This document shows, in pieces, positions 10,378 through 19,709 of a stretch of DNA of 64,000 bases (positions are counted from its first letter, which is position 1; each line of letters opens with the position of its first letter). The notes beneath the pieces are model-generated. The model ran no database searches, was not told the DNA's origin, and saw only the letters and a list, made by a program, of their open reading frames with translations. A program made the translations under genes and the position numbers. Source of the DNA: a virus (lineage: Duplodnaviria; Caudoviricetes); IMG/VR virus record IMGVR_UViG_3300010344_001170, positions 15,078 to 79,077 of that record; one strand, given 5' to 3'.

Positions 10378-10863
10378 ATGGCTTTACCTCTAGAAAAATT
10401 CAACTTAAATCGTTTCTGGGAAAAGACCCCGTTAGTTTTAAAGTATGTTCTTGTGTTTGCTGTTTTATTGGCAACGCTCTACTTTGTTATGTCTAAACAG
10501 ATGGATGACAATCACGTAAAAGAAATTGAACAGATGAAAGTTGGTATAAATGCCACATATGAATTAATAGACAATTTCGAAGACTTTAGAATAGAACAAG
10601 ACGCTTATAATAAAGAAGTTTTAACATATCTAAAAAATTTACACGCATTAGTTGAAGAATTAAATGAAACAACTAATCGTAAATTTGACATGATATTAAA
10701 ATCGGGAAATAGAAATGCTGATGACATTATTGAAAAGATAATGTTATTAAATGAATCATTTGAAAAAATATCAAAAGCATATAATAATAGTGCTATAACA
10801 ACTCCAACAATAGACCCTCAAATACAAGTAAAAAAGCTGGATAGCCCTCCAGTCATAAAATAA
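10378..10863 (+). CDS. Membrane-anchored coiled-coil protein
   Basis: N-terminal TM followed by heptad-rich region. Confidence 0.6.
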   Translation: MALPLEKFNLNRFWEKTPLVLKYVLVFAVLLATLYFVMSKQMDDNHVKEIEQMKVGINATYELIDNFEDFRIEQDAYNKEVLTYLKNLHALVEELNETTNRKFDMILKSGNRNADDIIEKIMLLNESFEKISKAYNNSAITTPTIDPQIQVKKLDSPPVIK

Positions 10864-10868
10864 GCCGC

Positions 10869-11150
10869 ATGAGCATGGAAACAAAAAAATGGAAATCTGC
10901 ACAGGCATACATTATAGTTGCAATAATACTAACTATATTTGTATACATTGGTGTTGATGCTTTTTCTACAAAACCACAAATAAGAAAAGATTTAACTGAA
11001 GTAAAGGGGCAATATACTGATTTGTCCAAATTTTTGGAAATAAAGATTCCAGAAATTGATTCCACATTCAAACTACAAGCAGACCAAATTAAAGAGCAAA
11101 AGACTCAGATGTCAGAGCTTGAGCAGACTATCGACAAACTTTCAAAATAA
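10869..11150 (+). CDS. Membrane-anchored coiled-coil protein
   Basis: N-terminal TM followed by coiled coil. Confidence 0.6.
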   Translation: MSMETKKWKSAQAYIIVAIILTIFVYIGVDAFSTKPQIRKDLTEVKGQYTDLSKFLEIKIPEIDSTFKLQADQIKEQKTQMSELEQTIDKLSK

Positions 11151-11320
11151 ATTCTACCACCTCTTAATGTGATGTACTTTTACTAATGGTGCGCCAAAAC
11201 TTGGTGTGCCTTTTGTCATAAAATAATAGTAAGTGTGAATTTGAAGTGCGAGAGCTTGTAAAACCACTTCAAATTTAAATAAAAAAATCGACTATTAATG
11301 TTAAAAAATTGTTAAAATTT

Positions 11321-11671
11321 ATGGGAACACACCACGTTAAAAATAAGGATTTAAGAGAGGCATTGATACTTTCCAAAGAAAAAGATGAATTGACAAAGGA
11401 AACATTGGACATGTTTATTTTAATGGCTAAGAAATTTTCAACCAACTTTACATACATATATGAAGAAGATAAAGAAGATTGCATCTCTTTTGCTATAATG
11501 GATTGTTATCAATATTGGAGAGGGTATGATCCCGAAAAATCTGCAAATGCATTCGCATATATCACGCAAATAATTAAAAATGGTTTCGCTAAAGGATGGC
11601 GAAAATTATATGGCAATATGCCAAAATCCAAAAAGGTTTCTGTTTCTCATAATAACATCTATAGTTTATAA
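11321..11671 (+). CDS. T4 gp55-like late-transcription sigma factor
   Basis: HHVKNKDL..DCISFAIMDC..YDPEKSANAFAYITQIIKNGF matches the gp55-type region 2 pattern. Confidence 0.75.
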   Translation: MGTHHVKNKDLREALILSKEKDELTKETLDMFILMAKKFSTNFTYIYEEDKEDCISFAIMDCYQYWRGYDPEKSANAFAYITQIIKNGFAKGWRKLYGNMPKSKKVSVSHNNIYSL

Positions 11672-11694
11672 ATATATAAAATAAACCTATAGAT

Positions 11695-12165
11695 ATGAAA
11701 TTCGTTAAAGAAAGTTTAAATGAATGGTTCGTTGAGGATCCTCAAGTTGATGGTGAACCTGAACCAAGATCCAAAAGTGGATTTCATAGTAATATTGAAG
11801 AAGATACTCTTGAAAATGAAGATTTTCGTCGTGTTTTATATACAGGAGAAAATATGCAGCTTGTAGTTATGACCCTACAAGAGGGCGAAGAAATTGGCGT
11901 AGAAACCCATGAAAACGACCAATTCTTTAGATTTGAAGAGGGAACTGGAAAGTGCATTGTCAGTAATGCAGAATATGAAGTAGAAGATGGAGATGCTGTA
12001 ATTATTCCTGCCGGCTCAGAACATAATATTATGAACACAGGTCAAGGTCCACTTAAGATGTATACTCTATATGCCCCTCCTCACCATCAAGATGGTATCA
12101 CTCACACGACTAAAGAAGAAGCTGAAAATAGTGATGAGGAATTTGATGGTGAAACAACCGAATAG
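11695..12165 (+). CDS. Cupin-domain protein with shared leader (MKFVKESLNE)
   Basis: ETHENDQFFRFEEG..IIPAGSEHNI cupin motifs. Confidence 0.8.
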   Translation: MKFVKESLNEWFVEDPQVDGEPEPRSKSGFHSNIEEDTLENEDFRRVLYTGENMQLVVMTLQEGEEIGVETHENDQFFRFEEGTGKCIVSNAEYEVEDGDAVIIPAGSEHNIMNTGQGPLKMYTLYAPPHHQDGITHTTKEEAENSDEEFDGETTE

Positions 12166-12176
12166 CCCCTAACAAT

Positions 12177-12280
12177 ATTATCTAAATAAAATATTATATT
12201 TGTTTTGGTGACCTTCAGTGTCTACATGTAAAGATTCTTTGCATTGCAACGAAGCAAATATAATATTTTATTTAGATAAT
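12177..12280. repeat. Perfect 26-bp inverted repeat with 52-bp spacer
   Basis: ATTATCTAAATAAAATATTATATTTG (12177-12202) and its reverse complement (12255-12280). Confidence 0.9.
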
Positions 12281-12347
12281 GTATGTTAAAAATGCGTTAA
12301 AAATTACCAGTTTTTATAAGGTTCATTAGAATATATAAATAAAACTA

Positions 12348-12998
12348 ATGAAAGATTATAATTTTGTTTATGTAACAACTAATTTAGTTAATGGCAAACA
12401 ATACATTGGCGATCATTCGACTAATGATCTAAATGATGGATATTTAGGAAGTGGCAAATATTTTATTAATGCTGTTAAAAAATATGGTAAACAAAATTTT
12501 AGTCGAAAAATTTTAGAACATTTTAAAACAAAAGAAGAAGCCTTTAATTGCCAATCAATATATATTGAAAGATATAATACCGTTGTACCTAATGGATATA
12601 ACATTTCGATAGTTGGCGGAACAAATATAAAAAATAATCGTTTATCAGAACATCATAAAGAACAACTATCCATAGCAATTAAAAAATGGCATCAAGACAT
12701 TGGTTTTTCACAAGAAACGAAGAAAAAAATAGGAGATAGTCAAAGAGGAAAAAAACGTTCAGAAAAATCAAAAGAAAATTATAAAAGAGGAAATGCCCTA
12801 AAGAACAAAGGGAGAAAAATGAATGAAGATTCTAAAAAAATAATGATACAAAAATTAAAAGGGCAAAAAAGATCTAATCAATTTAAAATTAATGTTAGTT
12901 TAGGATCTAAAAATTCTAGAAAGCAATGTGAAAAATGCAATAAAATAATACCTCTAAATGTTTATAATAGATGTCATGGAAAAAAATGTACTAAATGA
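12348..12998 (+). mobile_element. Free-standing GIY-YIG homing endonuclease (Seg-like)
   Basis: [28 protein letters not shown]; basic NUMOD3-like tail. Confidence 0.85.
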
Positions 12999-13642
12999 GT
13001 TTCAATTCTTCATATAAGAGATGGCATAAGCCGAAAAGAGATGTTATCAATGATGATGGATCTTTAAAGAAAGGACAAACTCATCAAGGATATTACAGGG
13101 TTGCTAATAGAGACAAATATGTTGGCGATCCTAATCTAGTAATTTATCGAAGTTCATGGGAATTTGCATTCTGCAAATGGTGCGATGCTTCTCCTTCTAT
13201 TAAAAGATGGTCGTCTGAGCCAATAAAGGTTCCATATTATGATAGGGTTTCAAAATTAGAAGAATGTCGTAAACTTGGTCTTGACCCTAATAATCCAAGA
13301 AATTGGGTTATAAAGAACTACAATACAGATTTTTGGGTAGAAATAGATAAAGGAGGAGAAAGACCTGAAAAATGGTTTATAGAAATAAAACCAAAGGACA
13401 AATTATCTAAACCAAAACAAATTGCAGCACATGCCCCGTTAAAGGAAATTCGTCGATATAATATGCTCATGAAAGAATATCTTATTAATGAAGCTAAATT
13501 TGCTGCGTTAAAAGATTGGGCCGAAAAAAATGGATCTAAATTTTACGTATTTACAGAGGACACTCTTATTCATTATGGAATAATCGGAGGAAGATTTGAT
13601 TATGATAATGAAAAAACTAAATATCAACAACGTTTAAAATGA
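12995..13642 (+). CDS. T4 gp4-like head completion nuclease (TnsA-like)
   Basis: YRSSWE..WCD..RWSSE..Y..DF..EIKP..NEAK..WAEKNG..FTE. Confidence 0.85.
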   Translation: MSFNSSYKRWHKPKRDVINDDGSLKKGQTHQGYYRVANRDKYVGDPNLVIYRSSWEFAFCKWCDASPSIKRWSSEPIKVPYYDRVSKLEECRKLGLDPNNPRNWVIKNYNTDFWVEIDKGGERPEKWFIEIKPKDKLSKPKQIAAHAPLKEIRRYNMLMKEYLINEAKFAALKDWAEKNGSKFYVFTEDTLIHYGIIGGRFDYDNEKTKYQQRLK

Positions 13643-13772
13643 TGTTAGTTAACGAATCATGGATATGAATTGAATAGCGATGTGGATTTAAGATTATTAT
13701 TAAAATTCATACTTTATGGCCCAGATACTGAGCATTAATTTTTAAATATCAAAATAATTGTTATATTTGCAT

Positions 13773-14486
13773 ATGATTTACAACGAACTATACAATTTCT
13801 GCAAAGTAAGAGACACTGATAGGAGAAGCTTTTCTAATAGAGCAAAATTCCTTATAGACCTTCTTACCCGCTTGGGTATCGAACACAAGGTTGTTCGTAC
13901 AAAGAGCGAACGATATAGAAAATATTTCTATAACATCTACGCATTCGGCAACTCCGATAAATTCCTATCGGCACACTATGACATCATAGATATTCGTGCA
14001 GATAATGCGAATGATGATAGTGCTTCAATCATAAACATGATTGCCTACAAACAAAAGAACCCATCGATAAATCTTCTTATTCTTGACGGAGAAGAACCCC
14101 CTTATGGTGGTTCAGGTTCACAGTTTGCTTCAAGATATTTGAAAGCTAATAACATTCCTGTAAAATGGATTTTTAATCTAGAATTGACAGGAGTTGGAAA
14201 ATCTTTCTTTATTGATAATGCTGATACAAAGCTTGGAGCCTGCATTGAGAAACAATTTCCTGGATGTATTCGAATCAGCACTCCGTTTAATGATGCAATG
14301 ATATTTCGAGCGAATGGATTTGACTCTTGCGTATTGACTACAGTTGACGTAGATGAACAAGGAAAACCTGATATGGGTGTTCTTTGGCATTCACATTCAC
14401 CACAAGATAGTGTCGACAAAATGAAAATTGAAGACATGAGAAACTTTGTGGATAATGTACTCGATAAAATAGTAAAAAATTGTTAA
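13773..14486 (+). CDS. M28-family metallopeptidase
   Basis: SAHYD, ANDDSASI, DGEE, NLE and HSPQD zinc-ligand motifs. Confidence 0.8.
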   Translation: MIYNELYNFCKVRDTDRRSFSNRAKFLIDLLTRLGIEHKVVRTKSERYRKYFYNIYAFGNSDKFLSAHYDIIDIRADNANDDSASIINMIAYKQKNPSINLLILDGEEPPYGGSGSQFASRYLKANNIPVKWIFNLELTGVGKSFFIDNADTKLGACIEKQFPGCIRISTPFNDAMIFRANGFDSCVLTTVDVDEQGKPDMGVLWHSHSPQDSVDKMKIEDMRNFVDNVLDKIVKNC

Positions 14487-14487
14487 T

Positions 14488-14571
14488 ATGGCCGGTATTT
14501 TATTTTTAGCAGCTGTTGCACTTCTAATCATTCTAGTTACCATAAGAGAGAGAAGAGCAAAACAAAAATAA
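14488..14571 (+). CDS. 27-aa single-TM peptide (not in ORF track)
   Basis: MAGILFLAAVALLIILVTIRERRAKQK*, fills the gap exactly. Confidence 0.55.
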   Translation: MAGILFLAAVALLIILVTIRERRAKQK

Positions 14572-14580
14572 TTTAATTTG

Positions 14581-14916
14581 ATGCTTGTTAATGAATCTGT
14601 TGAAGACGTATTAAAAGCAAAGTCTGAAGAAGAAATGAAAAAGGCTTTTGAAGGTAAAAAAATTGCCTTTTATCATGGAGATACAGACGAATTTGAATAC
14701 AAAGGAAAGAAACGTACCTATAATGTAACTCCAACCATTGCATCATTCTTAAGAACCAAAGATTATCTTGTTTATGTTTGGAAAGGAGAACCAATTGCAT
14801 TTACTGATGCAGATATAATGGCTTCATCTATCAGCTCAGGATATGGAGCTCTTTACACAAGAGAAGATAAATACAGCCACAAATTTTCAAAATATCTTCC
14901 TAAACCAAATGCTTAG
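14581..14916 (+). CDS. Hypothetical protein with shared leader (MLVNESVEDVLKAKSEEE)
   Basis: ORF. Confidence 0.7.
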   Translation: MLVNESVEDVLKAKSEEEMKKAFEGKKIAFYHGDTDEFEYKGKKRTYNVTPTIASFLRTKDYLVYVWKGEPIAFTDADIMASSISSGYGALYTREDKYSHKFSKYLPKPNA

Positions 14917-15583
14917 ACCTAGTGAAGAATACGATTTTCTCAAAAATGTAAACAACATTAAAGATATAGCTCATTACGAGTTGTACCAAAAGTATATTGA
15001 GCAAAATCTAAGGGGTGAAAAGAAGCTTACTGAAATTGAATCCACTGATCAGGAAAGTATAATCATATCTCGTAATGGGGGCTATCCAATTCCTGGAATG
15101 ATTTACACATTTCTTTATGGAGAACCTGATCAAATAATGTTGAGGGTTGGCCAAAAAGATTTCATAGATGTAGTTCCCCTTGTATTTTGCATGAATAATG
15201 AACCTAAATCATTTAAGGGTATAAACATGAATATGCTCCCAAGTGAAATACGATTGAGATTTCTGGATTCATTCTATGATGTATTTGACGACTTCTTTAA
15301 AAGAGAAGCAGAAACCCTTGCACAAAATAATAAATTAGCTCTTAATAAAAGATTCATTGAGTATGTTAAGTCAGGAAAAGGACAAAACATGCTTAAATTA
15401 TTCAATCAACGCCATGGTGCAAACTTTAATTATGGTTATCGTTCTTATAAGATTGAAAAGGTTAGAAGACTAAGGATGGTAGAATATAACGAGTGGCTTT
15501 ATATTCCCTTCCTGGAGCCTAAGGAGGCATTCAGGGGGATGAATCAAAGCCAAATGCATAAGTTATATTATAGAACGAAATAA
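14909..15583 (+). CDS. T4 gp2-like DNA end protector
   Basis: PGMIYTFLY..D..PLVF..GINMNMLP..RLRFL pattern; near gp4. Confidence 0.55.
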   Translation: MLRPSEEYDFLKNVNNIKDIAHYELYQKYIEQNLRGEKKLTEIESTDQESIIISRNGGYPIPGMIYTFLYGEPDQIMLRVGQKDFIDVVPLVFCMNNEPKSFKGINMNMLPSEIRLRFLDSFYDVFDDFFKREAETLAQNNKLALNKRFIEYVKSGKGQNMLKLFNQRHGANFNYGYRSYKIEKVRRLRMVEYNEWLYIPFLEPKEAFRGMNQSQMHKLYYRTK

Positions 15584-15602
15584 ATAAAATAAAGGTGCCT
15601 AG

Positions 15603-15995
15603 ATGAGAGCTAAAGCAACCAATTTATTTAAACCAAAATCTGAAAAAGAAATTTCTTCTGCATTTAAAAAGAAGTACAATCTTCCTTATTCTGATTTACA
15701 GGAAACATATAAACAATTAAAAGAATTTGGAATAGATGCTCGCATAAATAAACAAGATCAAACACTTCAATTATTTAATTGGAAACTTTATATGACAGAA
15801 CCGGATTATGGAGAAGAACGATTAATTGGTGAAGCTTGGACAAAAGAAAAAGTTGATAAAGTTATTAATGCATTGTATAATTTGGAATCAGAAATAGATT
15901 TTTATATTACAAAATCTAAAATAGGAACCACAATGAGTCTAATTGATGCAATAGATTTATTAACATCCTTAAAAAAAGAGCAAAAGAAAAAATGA
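15603..15995 (+). CDS. Hypothetical protein with shared leader (MRAKATNLFKPKSEKEI)
   Basis: ORF. Confidence 0.7.
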   Translation: MRAKATNLFKPKSEKEISSAFKKKYNLPYSDLQETYKQLKEFGIDARINKQDQTLQLFNWKLYMTEPDYGEERLIGEAWTKEKVDKVINALYNLESEIDFYITKSKIGTTMSLIDAIDLLTSLKKEQKKK

Positions 15996-16429
15996 TAGTT
16001 TATGAATCATTAGATCAAGTATTGAATGAATGGCGAGAACCAGTCATTAATCGTCATGCAAATGAATTTAACGCTGATTTTACGATAGAATTTAATGTAA
16101 AAAATCCTGATTATCGAGGAATCCCTGATAAAGCTGCTGAAACAGAAGCTCACTTTGGCAGCATTACAAATAAATTAGGACAAGAGTGTTTTGATGAAAT
16201 CAACGAAAACATTGGAGTACATGAAGATTGGTACATTGATGATTGGTCATTTACTGGAAGAATGAATGGGTGGTATGCTCTTTTATGCAAAGGAGAACAA
16301 GAAAGTGTTTCTGACGACGATCTAAATACAATGGAATCTATTGTGGAAAAATACTTTAGAAGCTTTAATGCGAGATTTAAAGAACACTATAAGGACCAGT
16401 TCAACCAACGATCATTTTTGAGTAAATAA
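15992..16429 (+). CDS. Hypothetical protein with shared leader (MIVYESLDQVLNE)
   Basis: ORF. Confidence 0.65.
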   Translation: MIVYESLDQVLNEWREPVINRHANEFNADFTIEFNVKNPDYRGIPDKAAETEAHFGSITNKLGQECFDEINENIGVHEDWYIDDWSFTGRMNGWYALLCKGEQESVSDDDLNTMESIVEKYFRSFNARFKEHYKDQFNQRSFLSK

Positions 16430-16452
16430 TTTTGCCGTTACAACCCTTTCCA

Positions 16453-16968
16453 TTACTTAGGAAGAGATTTATGATATGATACCTTTTCAAGATTTTCCAT
16501 CATACCCCAAATGGCCATCATTTCTTCAAGGGTAAGTTTTTTTCCACCTTTTCCACCACCATTTCCAAACAATTCATGCTGATGTATGTAAGCAGTAAAG
16601 AAAGCTTTTTCGGCTTTTCTTTTTTCTTTTTCGAACTGTTTACGATGGAAGTCAAGTTTATTCAGAACCTCAACATATTCAAGGTCTGATAACTCAACAA
16701 GTATGTGACCAGGATAATATGAATTGCGATAAAATGAAAGTTCTCTTTCGGTACATGAAGCAACAGTCTGAAGAACTAATTTCTTGTTCCATGCACCTTT
16801 ATATTTTATATGGCGCATTTTCAACTCATTGTCTTCAATATCATGAATTGAAAGATTATACTTTGCGAGTAGCAACTCAAGTTTATGCTTCGCTGCAATA
16901 GCTTCTCCTTGATAGCCGCGGTCAGCAAGCTCTTTAATTTTTTTGATTTTTTCAATTATTGTCTCCAT
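16453..16968 (-). CDS. DUF2786-like protein
   Basis: IIEKIKKIKELA..GEA..AKHKLELLLAKYNL N-terminus; TATATTAG promoter-like motif at 16988-16995. Confidence 0.6.
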   Translation of the reverse strand: METIIEKIKKIKELADRGYQGEAIAAKHKLELLLAKYNLSIHDIEDNELKMRHIKYKGAWNKKLVLQTVASCTERELSFYRNSYYPGHILVELSDLEYVEVLNKLDFHRKQFEKEKRKAEKAFFTAYIHQHELFGNGGGKGGKKLTLEEMMAIWGMMENLEKVSYHKSLPK

Positions 16969-17034
16969 GTGTGTGTAAATCTTAGTGCTAATATAACAAA
17001 AATTAGCGAGACAATAAAATTATTTTAACATTTT

Positions 17035-17583
17035 TTAAATATTTTCCACCCAAAGAGGCTTTACAGGTCCTCTTGAAGAACCCCCAGTACTTCTTGAATA
17101 ACATATAACAGGTTTGCCTTCTTTGTTGGCAATATCCTGGGCAATTTCGGTAACGCGTTCAAACTTACCTACAGTTGGTTTTTCATCCATCCAGATGACA
17201 TCTATCATAATACCTTGTCCATAAGGATTTTTAGGATTTTGGCCGCAATCCCTGGCAATAACACCGAATGTTAAGTGTTTATCACGAATGTCGTATCCGG
17301 TGTCCATAAATAATGCGGTTGAATTAGAATGCCAAGGACCTTGAACTTGATCAACTGTTCCATCTTCTAATTCGAATGGAATAGTGGCACCACCAAATCC
17401 CTGAAAACCTTTATATCCAGGTTTCGTTTCTCTTACGTCAGGAGTTACATAAATGTTGTCGGCTTCATTTTCCTGAATGGCAACATACCAATATCTGCTT
17501 TTTCCCTGTATCTTTTTGTACTTTCTTGATGCAGCTTCTGATTGGCCACAAATCATTGGTTGATTTTCAATTTCGTAATCCAT
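17035..17583 (-). CDS. Hypothetical protein
   Basis: ORF. Confidence 0.6.
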   Translation of the reverse strand: MDYEIENQPMICGQSEAASRKYKKIQGKSRYWYVAIQENEADNIYVTPDVRETKPGYKGFQGFGGATIPFELEDGTVDQVQGPWHSNSTALFMDTGYDIRDKHLTFGVIARDCGQNPKNPYGQGIMIDVIWMDEKPTVGKFERVTEIAQDIANKEGKPVICYSRSTGGSSRGPVKPLWVENI

Positions 17584-17585
17584 AT

Positions 17586-18068
17586 TTAATCTTTTAAATA
17601 TTCAAATCTAAGTATTGTTAATATCTGTTTGTATTCTTTATCTTTCCATTTTATTCCTCTTGTTGATCCTCTCTGACAATAATTTAAAGCGGTTTCGTTG
17701 CTTCTGTCTTTGAGTTCTTTTTTAGCCCCGTGTTCTATTAAACACTCAACGATTTCTCTATTGCCATAAAAAGAAGCTTGCATTAATGCAGTGGTTCCAA
17801 ACGTATTTTTCAAGTTTACTTTAGCGCCATTTTCTATTAATAATCGAACAATCCCTATATTTCCTTTAATACAAGCTAACATTAGAGCTGTTGTACGGCC
17901 TGAATCGCGGCAATTTATATTTAAAAATGGAATGTGTTCAATTAAAAGTTGTAGTGAAATATATTGATGTGTACGTGCGGCCATCAATACCATATTATTT
18001 TTTTCCTTTTCTGTTAATGAACCTAAAAGATTAATAATTTCTTCTTTATTTTTTGGTGCCAATATCAT
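17586..18068 (-). CDS. Ankyrin-repeat protein (MILAPKNKEEI leader variant)
   Basis: GRTTALMLAC..LLIENGAKVN..GTTALMQAS..ETALNY. Confidence 0.85.
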   Translation of the reverse strand: MILAPKNKEEIINLLGSLTEKEKNNMVLMAARTHQYISLQLLIEHIPFLNINCRDSGRTTALMLACIKGNIGIVRLLIENGAKVNLKNTFGTTALMQASFYGNREIVECLIEHGAKKELKDRSNETALNYCQRGSTRGIKWKDKEYKQILTILRFEYLKD

Positions 18069-18469
18069 CTTTGAGGGTATCTTAATTTTCTTTCTGGGTC
18101 ATTTTTTCTTAAAGTAACTCTTTGGTTTTTATCACTTGGCATAATCTCCCATTCTCTAAACTTGTCTTGAATTTTTTTCTGGTTACAAGTTCCGAGTAAA
18201 TAAGCAACTGTTGGTGAATCAGGAGATTCAGCTTTACAATAATATAAAAAACAATCGAGATTAGGGGAAATTTCAATATAACAAGCTAATATTTTATCAG
18301 CAAATATTGGGGCCATAAATCCCACATGAACAAATTCTCTTGCATCTTCATAGATATGTGGGTCAAGAGAATTAAATCGATAAGTAAACGCTGATTTAAT
18401 TTTACTACCATAGCAAAGATTTGCAATTTCGATTCCTTGTTCAGGAGTTAGATCTGCTATCGTCTTCAT
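18065..18469 (-). CDS. Hypothetical protein
   Basis: ORF; ATG 18469 preferred. Confidence 0.5.
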   Translation of the reverse strand: MKTIADLTPEQGIEIANLCYGSKIKSAFTYRFNSLDPHIYEDAREFVHVGFMAPIFADKILACYIEISPNLDCFLYYCKAESPDSPTVAYLLGTCNQKKIQDKFREWEIMPSDKNQRVTLRKNDPERKLRYPQR

Positions 18470-19124
18470 GCCTATTAATTGCTTCCTCCCATGCTTTTTG
18501 TTGATTTTCAAATAACATTTCTTTAGTCACAAATGTTTTTGTTAAAATATACATGAAATTAGTTGAAATATTTTGTACTACTTGTCCTAATTCAATTCCA
18601 CTCTCAATAGCCGCCTCCATATTGGTAATAATTTCTGTCTCTGTATTTTCTTGTTTCCATTGACTGAATTTTCTTGTTTGCACTTCACTAAAATAAATCT
18701 TAGCTACATCAATAATAGAAGAGAAATCAGTCTGCAAGTATCTTTCATTATATCTTTCAAAGAAGTGTTTTGTCCAAATTCCCCACATATCATATAAATC
18801 TTCTTTTCCATTTTCTTTTCCTGTCAATGCTAATTGTGAGAAAAAGTCAATACCTCTTTTATGAACAAAATATACGAAACAGTTAGGATATTCTGTATTA
18901 TAGAGATGCCTTACGTATCGATCTCTTTTTATACGAACTTTAAACACCCATTTATTATTTCGAGGAGATGTCCAAACTATCCATTCATTACAAAAACCGA
19001 TCTTCTTTTTGTTTAATTTAAGAACCAGTTTTTTCATAAAATCATTGACATATGTTTCATAATTGGGAAGGTCTTTTGAAAGTTCCCGAATCTTTTCTTC
19101 ATATGTCATTGACTCTACTATCAT
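18441..19124 (-). CDS. Hypothetical early protein
   Basis: ORF directly after TATATTTG (19129-19136). Confidence 0.65.
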   Translation of the reverse strand: MIVESMTYEEKIRELSKDLPNYETYVNDFMKKLVLKLNKKKIGFCNEWIVWTSPRNNKWVFKVRIKRDRYVRHLYNTEYPNCFVYFVHKRGIDFFSQLALTGKENGKEDLYDMWGIWTKHFFERYNERYLQTDFSSIIDVAKIYFSEVQTRKFSQWKQENTETEIITNMEAAIESGIELGQVVQNISTNFMYILTKTFVTKEMLFENQQKAWEEAINRHEDDSRSNS

Positions 19125-19128
19125 AGTA

Positions 19129-19187
19129 CAAATATAATAAAAAACTTTGACATTTAGAATAGTTTTAAGAAATTTTTATTATATTAG
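19129..19187. promoter_or_regulatory. Divergent Bacteroidota-type promoters
   Basis: TATATTTG on minus (19129-19136) and TATATTAG on plus (19180-19187), each 4 nt before an ATG. Confidence 0.6.
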
Positions 19188-19191
19188 CTTC

Positions 19192-19623
19192 ATGGAAGAT
19201 GAGTTCAAACAGAATATTAGGACATTATTAAAACCTAAATCAAAGGAAGAATTCCTTAATGATGTTAAGGGTCAATACATTACGAAAGAAATTGAAGTAA
19301 CTTATCTTCAGCATTATAAAGAAGAATTTCCTGAAGAATATCTAGAGTTAAAGCAGCGAGTTGATCGTTTATTGAAAAAAAGATACCCTCAGTATTCAAG
19401 AGGTAATGGTTATCTTAACATTAAAAGAACTCGCATGTATTATTCCTCATCAAAAGCTAATGTGCAAATTGATGGAAAAAAATATGAGGTAAAGATTGTC
19501 TTATTAAACATGACTCCAACAAGAAGAATCCCAGAAATTGAAAATATAAGAAGCGGGACTCATTTTTATATCACAAAAGTTGGACAAGTAGAAACAATTA
19601 TTAAATTCTTAGAAACACACTAA
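19192..19623 (+). CDS. Hypothetical protein with LLKPKSKEEF leader motif
   Basis: ORF. Confidence 0.65.
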   Translation: MEDEFKQNIRTLLKPKSKEEFLNDVKGQYITKEIEVTYLQHYKEEFPEEYLELKQRVDRLLKKRYPQYSRGNGYLNIKRTRMYYSSSKANVQIDGKKYEVKIVLLNMTPTRRIPEIENIRSGTHFYITKVGQVETIIKFLETH

Positions 19624-19709
19624 AATTTTAACAGAATTTTAACAGTATTTTTGGTATGATTTTGAAATTTAAGTATTAATTTTACTTTTACATCTTAAAC
19701 ATTTACGAC

